This document shows, piece by piece, positions 28,815 through 37,412 of a DNA stretch of 64,000 bases (position 1 is the first letter of the stretch; each line of letters begins with the position of its first letter). Both the position numbers and the translations under genes were made by a program. This DNA comes from Candidatus Bathyarchaeum sp. (GTDB lineage: Archaea; Thermoproteota; Bathyarchaeia; Bathyarchaeales; Bathyarchaeaceae): positions 206 through 64,205 of the forward strand of contig JAOZIF010000131.1 of the NCBI GenBank assembly GCA_026014495.1, given 5' to 3'. Under the pieces are notes generated by a model. That model worked only from the letters and a program-made list of their open reading frames with translations. It did not search any database and was not told where the DNA came from.

Positions 28815-28829
28815 AAAAATGCTTATAGA
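28815..28829 (+). promoter_or_regulatory. BRE/TATA-like promoter (AAAAATGCTTATAGA) upstream of glmS
   Basis: Same box as tRNA-Ser promoter; about 88 nt upstream of glmS ATG, implying a 5' UTR of roughly 60 nt. Confidence 0.4.
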
Positions 28830-28916
28830 CGCTCTTTCCGTTTACCTAAAGTATGCACAACCTGACTGCTGTAATGGTCTAAACCTGCAAAAGTTACAAA
28901 AAATGAGGACCTCTTG

Positions 28917-30740
28917 ATGTGTGGAATATTTGGATGTATCCTAAAAAAGGGTGAAGCTGCCCCAATAATTCATGGCGGCTTAAAAAAGCTAGAATACCGT
29001 GGTTATGACTCAGTGGGTATAGCAACAATTGACCGTGGTCATCTTTTCATAAAAAAGGACAGTGGAAAAATTGATGACGTTCATGAAATGCATGACCTTG
29101 ACGACCTTCCTGGACGAATAGGTGTAGGTCACACGCGATGGGCAACACACGGTGCACCATATCAAGTTAACGCGCATCCACATACAGACTGCAACAAGCA
29201 AATTGCAGTCGTTCACAATGGGATTATCGAAAACTTTGCGGAACTTAAAACTGAACTTGAAGATTTGGGTCACACTTTCAAATCAAAGACTGACACAGAA
29301 GTTATCGCGCACCTTATTGAAGAAGTGATGAAAAAAGAGGTTCTTTTTGTTGATGCTGTTCGTGAGGCTATGAAGCGCATAGACGGCTCATATGCTGTAG
29401 CTGTAATCTCAGTTAAAGCACCTGACCAGATTGTTTGTGCACGCAAAGAAAGTCCCCTTGTTCTCGGAGTAGCCAAAGACAGTATATATGTTGCATCTGA
29501 CATTCCAGCTTTTCTTCCAAAAACAAACAAGTCTGTAGTAATTGAGGACGGAGAACTTGTTGTTCTGAGTGATAAAGGATACGAAATCCGCAGTATCGCT
29601 GATTGGAATCTGGTGACGCGTGAACCTGAGCTTATAGACTGGGCTCCCGAGGCGGCTGAAAAACAGGGTTATCCTCACTTTATGCTAAAAGAGATTCATG
29701 AACAGCCTTTGCGTTTAAGAAACACCCTCAGGATACAGGACCAATACTTGGATTTGATGACTACATTTCTTGATCGTGCCGGCGAAGTATTCTTGGTTGC
29801 ATGTGGGACATCATATCATGCATGCCTAGCCGCGTCATATTTGTTCTCTAAGCTGTCCTTTTTGGCAACTCATCCTGTGATTGCTTCTGAGTTTGTTGAG
29901 CAACACGGAAAATCAGTTAACATCGACAGTACTCTTTTAGTTGTTAGTCAGTCAGGGGAAACCGCAGACACTCTAGAAGCTGTTGAAAGCGCTAGGTTGC
30001 GTGCTGCTACAGTTTTAGGGCTTACGAATATTGTTGGCTCCACTTTGACTAGAGTTGCTCGGGTCTATATTGTTCAGCAGTCAGGTCCAGAAATTGGAGT
30101 TGCTGCAACTAAGACGTTCACTTCTCAGCTTTCTGTGCTTTCTCAACTCGCCATAAAGCTTGCTAAAAAGCGAGGAAAGGTTTCTCATGTGGAAATTGAG
30201 GATTTGGAAGAGAGTCTTGAGCGGATACCCGACATTGTTGAGGAAATTATTTCAAGTGAAGAAGAGAAAGTGAAACAGTTAGCTAAAAAATATGCTGACC
30301 GGCAGACCTTTTTCTTTTTGGGGCGGGGAATGGGTTCTGCTGTTGCTCTTGAGGGTAAACTGAAACTTATGGAAATTTCATACATTCCTTCGTTGGCTTA
30401 TCCTGCGGGAGAAAGTAAGCATGGTCCCATTAGTTTGATTGAATCAGGATTTCCTGTGATTTTCATATGTCCAAAAGATTCGACGCACAGAAGCATCATC
30501 GGAAATATTATGGAAATGAAGGCACGTGGAGCCTCTATAATTGCAATTATTGAGAAAGACGATGAGGAAATAAAAGAGTTGGCTGACGATTATATTGAAA
30601 TAGACACAGGCTTGCCTGAAGTTCTCTCGCCAATACCTTTTGTTATTCCATTGCAGCTCTTTGCTTACTACATGTCGCTTGAGCGCGGCAATGACCCTGA
30701 TATGCCCAGAAATTTAGCAAAATCTGTTACTGTAAAATAA
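28917..30740 (+). CDS. glmS: Glutamine--fructose-6-phosphate aminotransferase
   Basis: MCGIFG Ntn nucleophile, two SIS domains, C-terminal NLAKSVTVK. Confidence 0.95.
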   Translation: MCGIFGCILKKGEAAPIIHGGLKKLEYRGYDSVGIATIDRGHLFIKKDSGKIDDVHEMHDLDDLPGRIGVGHTRWATHGAPYQVNAHPHTDCNKQIAVVHNGIIENFAELKTELEDLGHTFKSKTDTEVIAHLIEEVMKKEVLFVDAVREAMKRIDGSYAVAVISVKAPDQIVCARKESPLVLGVAKDSIYVASDIPAFLPKTNKSVVIEDGELVVLSDKGYEIRSIADWNLVTREPELIDWAPEAAEKQGYPHFMLKEIHEQPLRLRNTLRIQDQYLDLMTTFLDRAGEVFLVACGTSYHACLAASYLFSKLSFLATHPVIASEFVEQHGKSVNIDSTLLVVSQSGETADTLEAVESARLRAATVLGLTNIVGSTLTRVARVYIVQQSGPEIGVAATKTFTSQLSVLSQLAIKLAKKRGKVSHVEIEDLEESLERIPDIVEEIISSEEEKVKQLAKKYADRQTFFFLGRGMGSAVALEGKLKLMEISYIPSLAYPAGESKHGPISLIESGFPVIFICPKDSTHRSIIGNIMEMKARGASIIAIIEKDDEEIKELADDYIEIDTGLPEVLSPIPFVIPLQLFAYYMSLERGNDPDMPRNLAKSVTVK

Positions 30741-30757
30741 AAACAGTTTCAATCTAG

Positions 30758-30776
30758 CAAACATGCTGCATGTTGG
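30758..30776. promoter_or_regulatory. 19-bp near-perfect palindrome CAAACATGC-T-GCATGTTGG
   Basis: 8/9 matched arms; between glmS stop and first BtuF-like gene; no T-run follows. Confidence 0.35.
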
Positions 30777-30848
30777 TGTGAAGAAAAAGTTCTAAAGTCA
30801 CCTGTTGTCTCTACCTTTTATCCAGTTAGACACGGAACGGCATTACAG

Positions 30849-31721
30849 ATGGTAGACGTTAATAGTCAAGTTCATCCACAACGGATTGTTTCTCTCTCTC
30901 CCAGCAACACGGAGATATTGTTTGCTGTGGGTGCTGGCGCCAAAGTTGTGGGCGTAACAGACTACTGTAACTATCCTCCTGAGCTAGAATCACGGATTAA
31001 AGAAAACGAAATACTGAAGGTGGGCGGTTACTGGGACCCCTCAGTTGAAACCATTGTGGACTTGAAGCCTGACTTAGTTGTGGTTTCTACTGCACAGTGT
31101 ACAGTAAAATCAAACAATTGCAAAACGAGTTGTAGCCGTAAATGTGAACTAACAATAAACGCTGCAAACCAGCTAAAAAGTTTGGGACTACACGTTTTGA
31201 CTTTGGCTCCACACAGCATGGACGATGTTCTTAATAACATATTGATTGTGGGAACGGCAACTGGAAACAGTTCCCAAGCCAGAACTCTTGTGGATGACCT
31301 CAGACAACGAATAGATAATGTAGTTTCGAGGACAAACGCCGTTTCTAATAGACCACGGGTGTACTTTGAGGTCTGGAACAATCCTTACATTAGTGTTAAT
31401 TCTGCAACATGGATTGGTAACCTAATCGACTTGGTTGGAGGAACAAATGTTTTCGGAGAATCAGTTTCAGAATGGCCAATAATTTGCCCCGAAGACATTA
31501 TCCAACAGGACCCTGACGTAATGGTTTTTCCAGTTATTCCTGATGTTCCAAGATTTTGGGGAAGTTTTGAGGCTGTGAAGAAACGGCAAGGGTGGTCGCA
31601 AATAAGCGCTGTTAAAACTGGTAGACTATACGAGGTTCAAAGAGACTGCATCTCCCGACCCGGACCTAGGCTGGTGGAGACCCTAGAACAACTGGAGACA
31701 CTGATTCACACAAGTTCTTAA
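30849..31721 (+). CDS. BtuF/FhuD-type (cluster A) binding protein paralog lacking signal peptide, with 4-Cys insertion
   Basis: RIVSLSPSNTEILFAVGAGAKVVGVTDYCNYP core shared with 32487..33515; no N-terminal hydrophobic segment; insert CTVKSNNCKTSCSRKC. Confidence 0.75.
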   Translation: MVDVNSQVHPQRIVSLSPSNTEILFAVGAGAKVVGVTDYCNYPPELESRIKENEILKVGGYWDPSVETIVDLKPDLVVVSTAQCTVKSNNCKTSCSRKCELTINAANQLKSLGLHVLTLAPHSMDDVLNNILIVGTATGNSSQARTLVDDLRQRIDNVVSRTNAVSNRPRVYFEVWNNPYISVNSATWIGNLIDLVGGTNVFGESVSEWPIICPEDIIQQDPDVMVFPVIPDVPRFWGSFEAVKKRQGWSQISAVKTGRLYEVQRDCISRPGPRLVETLEQLETLIHTSS

Positions 31722-31767
31722 ATACGTCTTAATTGTTGATTTGCAACGTCTATGAGGTTGTTTAAGC

Positions 31768-32400
31768 ATGAATGCTGCTGCTCTATTTTCTGGTGGCAAA
31801 GACTCCCTTTATGCCCTATATCTTGCCGAAAGGCAAGGCGTTACTGTTGACCATCTAATTACTTTGCTTCCAACTCTTCCTTGGCCTTCTCCACATGCAG
31901 AAAACATAGAAGCTCTGAAACTTTTGGCAAAATCCATGGGTAAACAGTTAACAATTGTTGATTTTCAAAAAGAAGGAGCATTTACTGAGACCCTCAAAAG
32001 CCTTGAAGTCGATGCATTAATTGCAGGTGACATTAATGTTGAGGCACATTTGGCGGGTCTAACAGATGTTTGTACTAAAACTGGTTTGGAGTTGCTTGAG
32101 CCAATTTATGGCAAGAATACCTCTGAGCTTTTTGATGAAATCTTTGGTTTAGGCTTTAAGGCGTTGATTACTGGTGTGGACTTACGTTATATGAGTGAAG
32201 AGTGGCTGGGTTTTGTTATCAGCGAAGAATCTGGTGACGATTTTTTGTCGAAGATTGGAAGTGTTGACCCTTTGGGTGAACATGGGGAGTTCCATACTTT
32301 GGTTCTTGAGTGCCCGTTGTATTCAAAACCGTTCAGTGTGGCATCTGTTGTGAAGAAAACTGTGAATAACATGGCTTATGTTAATGTGACTGTTGTGTAG
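31768..32400 (+). CDS. PP-loop ATP pyrophosphatase, Dph6/MJ0570-like (diphthine-ammonia ligase family)
   Basis: N-terminal ALFSGGKDS PP-loop, about 210 aa, EFHT motif near C-terminus. Confidence 0.7.
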   Translation: MNAAALFSGGKDSLYALYLAERQGVTVDHLITLLPTLPWPSPHAENIEALKLLAKSMGKQLTIVDFQKEGAFTETLKSLEVDALIAGDINVEAHLAGLTDVCTKTGLELLEPIYGKNTSELFDEIFGLGFKALITGVDLRYMSEEWLGFVISEESGDDFLSKIGSVDPLGEHGEFHTLVLECPLYSKPFSVASVVKKTVNNMAYVNVTVV

Positions 32401-32451
32401 CCCTTTTTTGTTGGGTTTGTTTGTTTTTGTCGGAACTTTTATATACCTGTT

Positions 32452-32470
32452 AGGATGGATTATCCATCCT
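32452..32470. promoter_or_regulatory. Perfect 19-bp palindrome AGGATGGAT-T-ATCCATCCT between TATA-like box and start codon
   Basis: 9-bp perfect arms; TTTTATATA at 32437-32445; ATG at 32487; predicted TSS falls at palindrome edge. Confidence 0.45.
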
Positions 32471-32486
32471 AAAGGGTGTAACTTAA

Positions 32487-33515
32487 ATGGATAAAAACGT
32501 CACATATATCGTAGCAATTTTAGCCGTAGTCTCATTAGTTGTCGCAGCTTACGGACTCGTCACTTTTCAAGGCCAAATCGATGACTTGAACAGTTCCGTA
32601 GACGACATCCAACAAACACTAACTACAATCCAAGACCAAATCGATAACTATCAACCCAGCAGCGAAGATCAAGAAATAACACTAGTTGACTCCATGGGCA
32701 ACGTAGTAACTTTAACTTCAATTCCAGAAAGAATAGTATCTTTGGCGCCAAGCAACACAGAAATCCTGTTTGCAATTGGAGCAGGAGAAAATGTTGTGGG
32801 TGTAACAGACTTTTGTGATTACCCCTACAACTTCACGGCATGGATCGAGTCAGGCAACTTGACCAGCATAGGAAACTATTATGGGCCCTCTGTAGAGCCA
32901 ATCGTTGCTTTGAATCCTGATTTGGTTCTTGCAAGCAGTGGAAGCCTAGAAGCCGCTGCGACTCTAGCAGACCTAGGCTATAACGTCTTGGTGGTAGAAG
33001 GCCACACCGTTGACGACATTTTGCAGGACATACTTTTGGTGGGACGAGCAACCGGTAACAACGCTGAAGCTAGTGCTCTTGTTACACAAATGAGAGCAAG
33101 ACTAGATGCTGTAGCCGCTCAACTAGCAGACGCAACTACTACTCCAAAAGTTTACTATGAAGTTTGGTACGAGCCTCTACAAAGTGTGGGACCAGAAACA
33201 TTCATTGACGAAATCATAACTTTGGCGGGTGGAGAAAACATCTTCAACGACGCAACTACAAGCTGGCCAACTGCGAGCTCCGAAGAAATTATTGAAAAAA
33301 ATCCTGACGTACTAGTATTTCCTGACACGTATATGTCTCAAAACTACTACGACATAGATGCTGTGGATGACCGTCCTGGATGGACCACAATAACTGCAGT
33401 TCAAAACGGTGCAATTTACGAGATTGACGAAAACCTGCTGGTTAGGTCTGGTCCTCGGGTTGTCGATGGGGTAGAAACGATGGCAGCGCTGATTCATCCA
33501 GAAATTTTTGGATAA
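32487..33515 (+). CDS. Membrane-anchored BtuF/FhuD-type substrate-binding protein
   Basis: N-terminal TM anchor, coiled linker, RIVSLAPSNTEILFAIGAGENVVGVTDFCDYP core. Confidence 0.8.
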   Translation: MDKNVTYIVAILAVVSLVVAAYGLVTFQGQIDDLNSSVDDIQQTLTTIQDQIDNYQPSSEDQEITLVDSMGNVVTLTSIPERIVSLAPSNTEILFAIGAGENVVGVTDFCDYPYNFTAWIESGNLTSIGNYYGPSVEPIVALNPDLVLASSGSLEAAATLADLGYNVLVVEGHTVDDILQDILLVGRATGNNAEASALVTQMRARLDAVAAQLADATTTPKVYYEVWYEPLQSVGPETFIDEIITLAGGENIFNDATTSWPTASSEEIIEKNPDVLVFPDTYMSQNYYDIDAVDDRPGWTTITAVQNGAIYEIDENLLVRSGPRVVDGVETMAALIHPEIFG

Positions 33516-33557
33516 TCCTAAAATAACCCCCCCTTTTTTATACCCGAAAGACAAATT

Positions 33558-34646
33558 GTGAGAGTTATGAAACAAGACGCTGAAACCTCTCATTTAAAGC
33601 ATGTTTCTCACTGGAAGCTATATCTGGTTATTCTGTTAATTTTGTTTGGAATAGTTTTTGTTTTGTCACTTAACTTAGGTTATGCTCACATTCCATTCAG
33701 CGACATTTTGAAGATATTGTCCAAACAAGTTCCTTTTCTAAATGATTTGGTGGATTCTTCTGGCATCAGCAATACCTCTGAAGTTATAATAACTCAACTT
33801 AGGCTTCCGCGTGTAATCTGTGGAGCACTAGTTGGTGCATCTCTTGCAACTGCAGGTGTAATTTATCAGGGAATCTTCAGAAATCCAATGGCTGATCCTT
33901 ATGTGATAGGGTCCATGTCTGGTGCATCGTTAGGTGCAGCACTTGTGTTGGTTCTAGGAGTTGGTGTATCCTTTCTTGGGGTTAATACGCTCCAGATTTT
34001 TGCTTTTGTTTGCTCTTTTGCTACTGTTCTTGCTGTTTATTCTATATCAAAAACTGGCTCTAGGGTTCCAGTTACGATGTTGCTTCTAACTGGAATAGCA
34101 ATTACCTACTTCCAAAGTGCAATAGTTACTTTTTTGCAAACTGTTGCTACCGACAAAGTTCATCGTGGACTGGCTTTTTGGCTCATTGGAAGCCTTTCAT
34201 CTACTGAAACTTGGAGTGATGTTTGGTCGGTTTTTCCATTTCTGGTTCTTGGTTTTGTTGCTGCTTATCTTTACTCGCGTGACCTGAACGTTCTTGCGTT
34301 AGGAGAAGATCAGGCTCAGCACTTGGGTGTTGAAATAGAAAAACTAAAACGGATTTTGCTTATTTGCGCAACTCTCATGACTGCTGCAGCAGTTTCCATC
34401 AGCGGTTTAATCGGTTTTGTTGGCTTGATTATTCCTCATTTGACTAGGCTTATTGTTGGTCCAGATCACCGTATTCTTCTTCCAACATCTGCTGTTGTGG
34501 GAGCATCTTTTCTTATGATAAGTGATTCCATAGCAAGGGTTATAATGGGTTCAGGTGAAGCTCCTGTTGGTGTTATAACTGCGCTTGCTGGTGGACCGTT
34601 TTTCATTTATCTTCTGCGCAGGAAAAAACGAGGATACACAATGTGA
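33558..34646 (+). CDS. FecCD/BtuC-family ABC permease
   Basis: About 10 TM; LRLPRV, GxxLAxAG, IGFVGLIIPH motifs of FecCD family; ATG 33567 alternative start. Confidence 0.9.
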   Translation: MRVMKQDAETSHLKHVSHWKLYLVILLILFGIVFVLSLNLGYAHIPFSDILKILSKQVPFLNDLVDSSGISNTSEVIITQLRLPRVICGALVGASLATAGVIYQGIFRNPMADPYVIGSMSGASLGAALVLVLGVGVSFLGVNTLQIFAFVCSFATVLAVYSISKTGSRVPVTMLLLTGIAITYFQSAIVTFLQTVATDKVHRGLAFWLIGSLSSTETWSDVWSVFPFLVLGFVAAYLYSRDLNVLALGEDQAQHLGVEIEKLKRILLICATLMTAAAVSISGLIGFVGLIIPHLTRLIVGPDHRILLPTSAVVGASFLMISDSIARVIMGSGEAPVGVITALAGGPFFIYLLRRKKRGYTM

Positions 34647-34658
34647 GATGACAACTGA

Positions 34659-35939
34659 ATGGTGACCTTATCGATTGATGGAATAGAGTGTTCGTATGGT
34701 TCTGTAGATGTCTTGAAGGATATTAATTTCAATGTGAAGAGTGGCGAGTTTTTAGGAATTCTTGGTCCAAATGGTTCAGGAAAAACAACTTTACTCAAAA
34801 GCATCAGTAGGGTACTCAAACCCAAGAAAGGTGCAATTCTCATAGGTACCGAAAACATATACAACATGAAAACTGTGGATGTTGCCAAACAAATGGCTGT
34901 AGTTCCCCAGAGTACCCCTGTCTCTTTTGATTTCACTGCTCTGGAAGTTGTTCTCATGGGTCGCAATCCTCACATGGCTCGATTCAAGATGGAGGGCAAA
35001 AAGGACTTGGAGATAGCAAAAAAGTCCATGGAACTAACCCGCACTTGGGAGTTCGCCGACAGACCTGTAACCGAGCTTAGTGGCGGAGAAATACAGCGTG
35101 TTATAATTGCTCGTGCCCTGACTCAGGAACCTCAAATTCTTTTACTTGACGAGCCAACAACGCACCTTGACATAAGCAATCAATTGGAAATAATGGACCT
35201 CATTAAGCACTTATGTGAAACACAAAAGTTGCTGATTGTAGCGGTTTTTCACGATTTCAACTTGGCTGCCCGATATTGTGACTCAATTATTCTGTTGAAG
35301 GACGGCAAAATTGTTGCTGCTGGAAAATCGAATGACACTCTCACAAGCGAAAACGTCAAAAAAGTTTTCAGTGTTAATACCATCGTGAAGAATCACCCTA
35401 TTACTGGACAGCTTCATGTTATTCCCATTTCACGACCCATAATTCTGCAACCAAAAAGCCTCATTGTTCACTTGATATGTGGAGGTGGCACTGGCAGTCC
35501 AATTATGAAGACGCTTCTTGATGAGGGATACCGCGTAACTGCGGGGGTTCTCAACCTGTTAGATACTGACCAAGAGACTGCTCAGCTACTGTCGATTCCA
35601 ACAACAAATGAGGCACCGTTCTCTCCGATAACCACTGAAGCCCACAAAGCGAACCTGCAGATGATTAGCAAAGCGAACGTTCTTGTTGTAACGCCGACCC
35701 AGTTTGGTGATGGTAACCTGCGTAACCTAGATGCTGCAGAAACGGCTCTGAAACAGGGAATACCGACAGTTCTACTAGAGAATGGACCAATGGGGGAGAG
35801 AGACTTTACCAACGGCAAAGCTACAGAATATCTAAAGCGCCTCAAAACCAAAGGCGCTACGACCGTGAAGAGTACTAGTGAACTGGTACAGTTTCTTGAT
35901 AATTTGGAACTAAAAAATAACAAAGAAAATAATCATTAA
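34659..35939 (+). CDS. FecE/BtuD-type ABC ATPase fused to a ~170-aa C-terminal domain of unknown function
   Basis: Walker A GPNGSGKTT, LSGGEIQRV, LLLDEPTTHLD, H-loop FHD in the first ~255 aa; extra Rossmann-like tail LICGGGTGSPIMK...LVVTPTQFGDGN. Confidence 0.85.
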   Translation: MVTLSIDGIECSYGSVDVLKDINFNVKSGEFLGILGPNGSGKTTLLKSISRVLKPKKGAILIGTENIYNMKTVDVAKQMAVVPQSTPVSFDFTALEVVLMGRNPHMARFKMEGKKDLEIAKKSMELTRTWEFADRPVTELSGGEIQRVIIARALTQEPQILLLDEPTTHLDISNQLEIMDLIKHLCETQKLLIVAVFHDFNLAARYCDSIILLKDGKIVAAGKSNDTLTSENVKKVFSVNTIVKNHPITGQLHVIPISRPIILQPKSLIVHLICGGGTGSPIMKTLLDEGYRVTAGVLNLLDTDQETAQLLSIPTTNEAPFSPITTEAHKANLQMISKANVLVVTPTQFGDGNLRNLDAAETALKQGIPTVLLENGPMGERDFTNGKATEYLKRLKTKGATTVKSTSELVQFLDNLELKNNKENNH

Positions 35940-35960
35940 ATGAAGCCTTGATTTAATTAA

Positions 35961-37043
35961 ATGGTGACTATTTTGAGAGGTAAAGGACCCTTATTCATTC
36001 TGCCTTGGAGATGTACTCCAGCATGCACCAGCAACTGTCTACACTGCGGTTTCGCATCAACTTCTCCTGCTCCTGACGCTCTTGGAACTGAAGAGACAAA
36101 ACGCATTGTAGACAAAATACACGATTTTGGGGCAACCTATTTTGGAATAAGCGGAGGAGAACCCCTTCTGAGAGAAGACCTCCCCGAAATAATAGCCTAT
36201 GCCAAGAGCACTGGCATGAATGTTAGCTTAATAACAAACGGCTATTTTCTTAACGACAAAAACTTAGACACCCTAGTCAGGTATGGGGTCCGTGTCTCAT
36301 TAAGTGTTGATGGGCCAGAAGAAATTAATGATGCATTACGCGGCAAGGGTGCATACGAAAAAGCTGTTTTAGCCATGGAAAAAACATCCAAAGCTGGACT
36401 TTTGGATTGCCTTGTGGCAACCCTCGCCAATGTTGACTCTACACGAAATAACGTAAGCTCCGACGATATGGAGCATGTCATCAAACTAGCTGAAAAATAC
36501 GGAGCCCGATGGGTGGTAATTCACGGTTTTATTCCCTTCAACAAAACAAAAGAGCATCTTGCTCGTGCCCCCTCCCCACAGCAGTATGAGAAAATTTGGA
36601 ACGAGGTTTATGAACTAAGGCTAAAGTATAACGGAACACCTGAAGTCAACGTCTATTGTCCCTTCTTTGCTCGAATTGCTAAACAGCGAGGATTGCCCAA
36701 CTTTGACGACTGGTTCAACAACTTTTTCCTTGGCAAATGCTCTCTGGCTGGGAAGTACATGAGTGTAATCGAAAACGGGGATGTTATTCCATGCAGCTTC
36801 AATGATAGAATCAGGCTAGGAAATGTCCAAGACAAATCGCTAAAGCAAATCTGGGATGAGCTGCAAACATCTGAATTAACCGTTAAACTTAGTGACCGTA
36901 GTAACTTGAAGGGTAAATGTGGTGTTTGTGAGTATCGCGAGATTTGTGGTGGCTGCAGAACCCGAGCGGAAATCTATACTGGAGACTTTCTTGGTTCTGA
37001 CCCTGCATGTGGGTATATTCCTAAAGTGTTGCGCGAAAAATAG
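35961..37043 (+). CDS. Radical SAM/SPASM-domain enzyme, AhbC/AhbD/NirJ-like (paralog 1)
   Basis: CTSNCLHC (Cx3Cx2C), GGEPLL, C-terminal KGKCGVCEYREICGGCRTRAE auxiliary-cluster motif; 21 nt after the ABC ATPase stop. Confidence 0.85.
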   Translation: MVTILRGKGPLFILPWRCTPACTSNCLHCGFASTSPAPDALGTEETKRIVDKIHDFGATYFGISGGEPLLREDLPEIIAYAKSTGMNVSLITNGYFLNDKNLDTLVRYGVRVSLSVDGPEEINDALRGKGAYEKAVLAMEKTSKAGLLDCLVATLANVDSTRNNVSSDDMEHVIKLAEKYGARWVVIHGFIPFNKTKEHLARAPSPQQYEKIWNEVYELRLKYNGTPEVNVYCPFFARIAKQRGLPNFDDWFNNFFLGKCSLAGKYMSVIENGDVIPCSFNDRIRLGNVQDKSLKQIWDELQTSELTVKLSDRSNLKGKCGVCEYREICGGCRTRAEIYTGDFLGSDPACGYIPKVLREK

Positions 37044-37086
37044 CTCACAATCAAGTATACTGTAATGTTGTTAAATTTCATGACAA

Positions 37087-37114
37087 TTGTTAGTCAATAA
37101 ATCTTGACTAACAA
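37087..37114. promoter_or_regulatory. Inverted repeat TTGTTAGTCAA-N6-TTGACTAACAA (candidate operator)
   Basis: 11-bp perfect arms; half-site TAGTCAAnAAATCTT repeated at 37136-37150. Confidence 0.45.
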
Positions 37115-37189
37115 ATTTGTACCTAATTTTTTTCATAGTCAAGAAATCTTTACAAAAATCCTTTTATCCGCTCTAAAGCATAAAATATT

Positions 37190-37208
37190 ATGTTGGAGCC
37201 TCCAACAT
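37190..37208. promoter_or_regulatory. Perfect 19-bp palindrome ATGTTGGAG-C-CTCCAACAT
   Basis: 9-bp perfect arms; followed by tandem TCATCACGTT x2 at 37219-37238. Confidence 0.45.
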
Positions 37209-37412
37209 GAAACAAGACTCATCACGTTTCATCACGTTATAACCTCTTCGAAAAATCGCCAAACAAGAACCGAGCCGAAAACCAATACCGTTCCTGCGCT
37301 GATGCACAAAAGCAGCGACTGGACGTAAACTGGCTTAACATATGATGTGGCTCCAACGCTTAGAGCGTTTAAGCTTAAGGTAGGCGTTGATGTGAAGGCA
37401 AGTTTGCAAACC

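Noticed and set aside
28830-28916. Possible structured leader (glmS ribozyme-like) in the inferred glmS 5' UTR
   Set aside because: I recognise no glmS ribozyme core sequences, and that element is a bacterial feature. Only the long UTR itself is noted.
30741-30848. Cobalamin riboswitch upstream of the BtuF-like genes
   Set aside because: I saw no B12-box-like consensus, and cobalamin riboswitches are not established in archaea. The palindrome there is reported as a possible operator instead.
37104-37328. 74-aa ORF between the two radical SAM/SPASM genes, tempting as a RiPP precursor
   Set aside because: Its TTG start lies inside the inverted repeat, there is no SD, and it has no Cys/Gly-rich core or leader-like features. 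The region looks regulatory instead.
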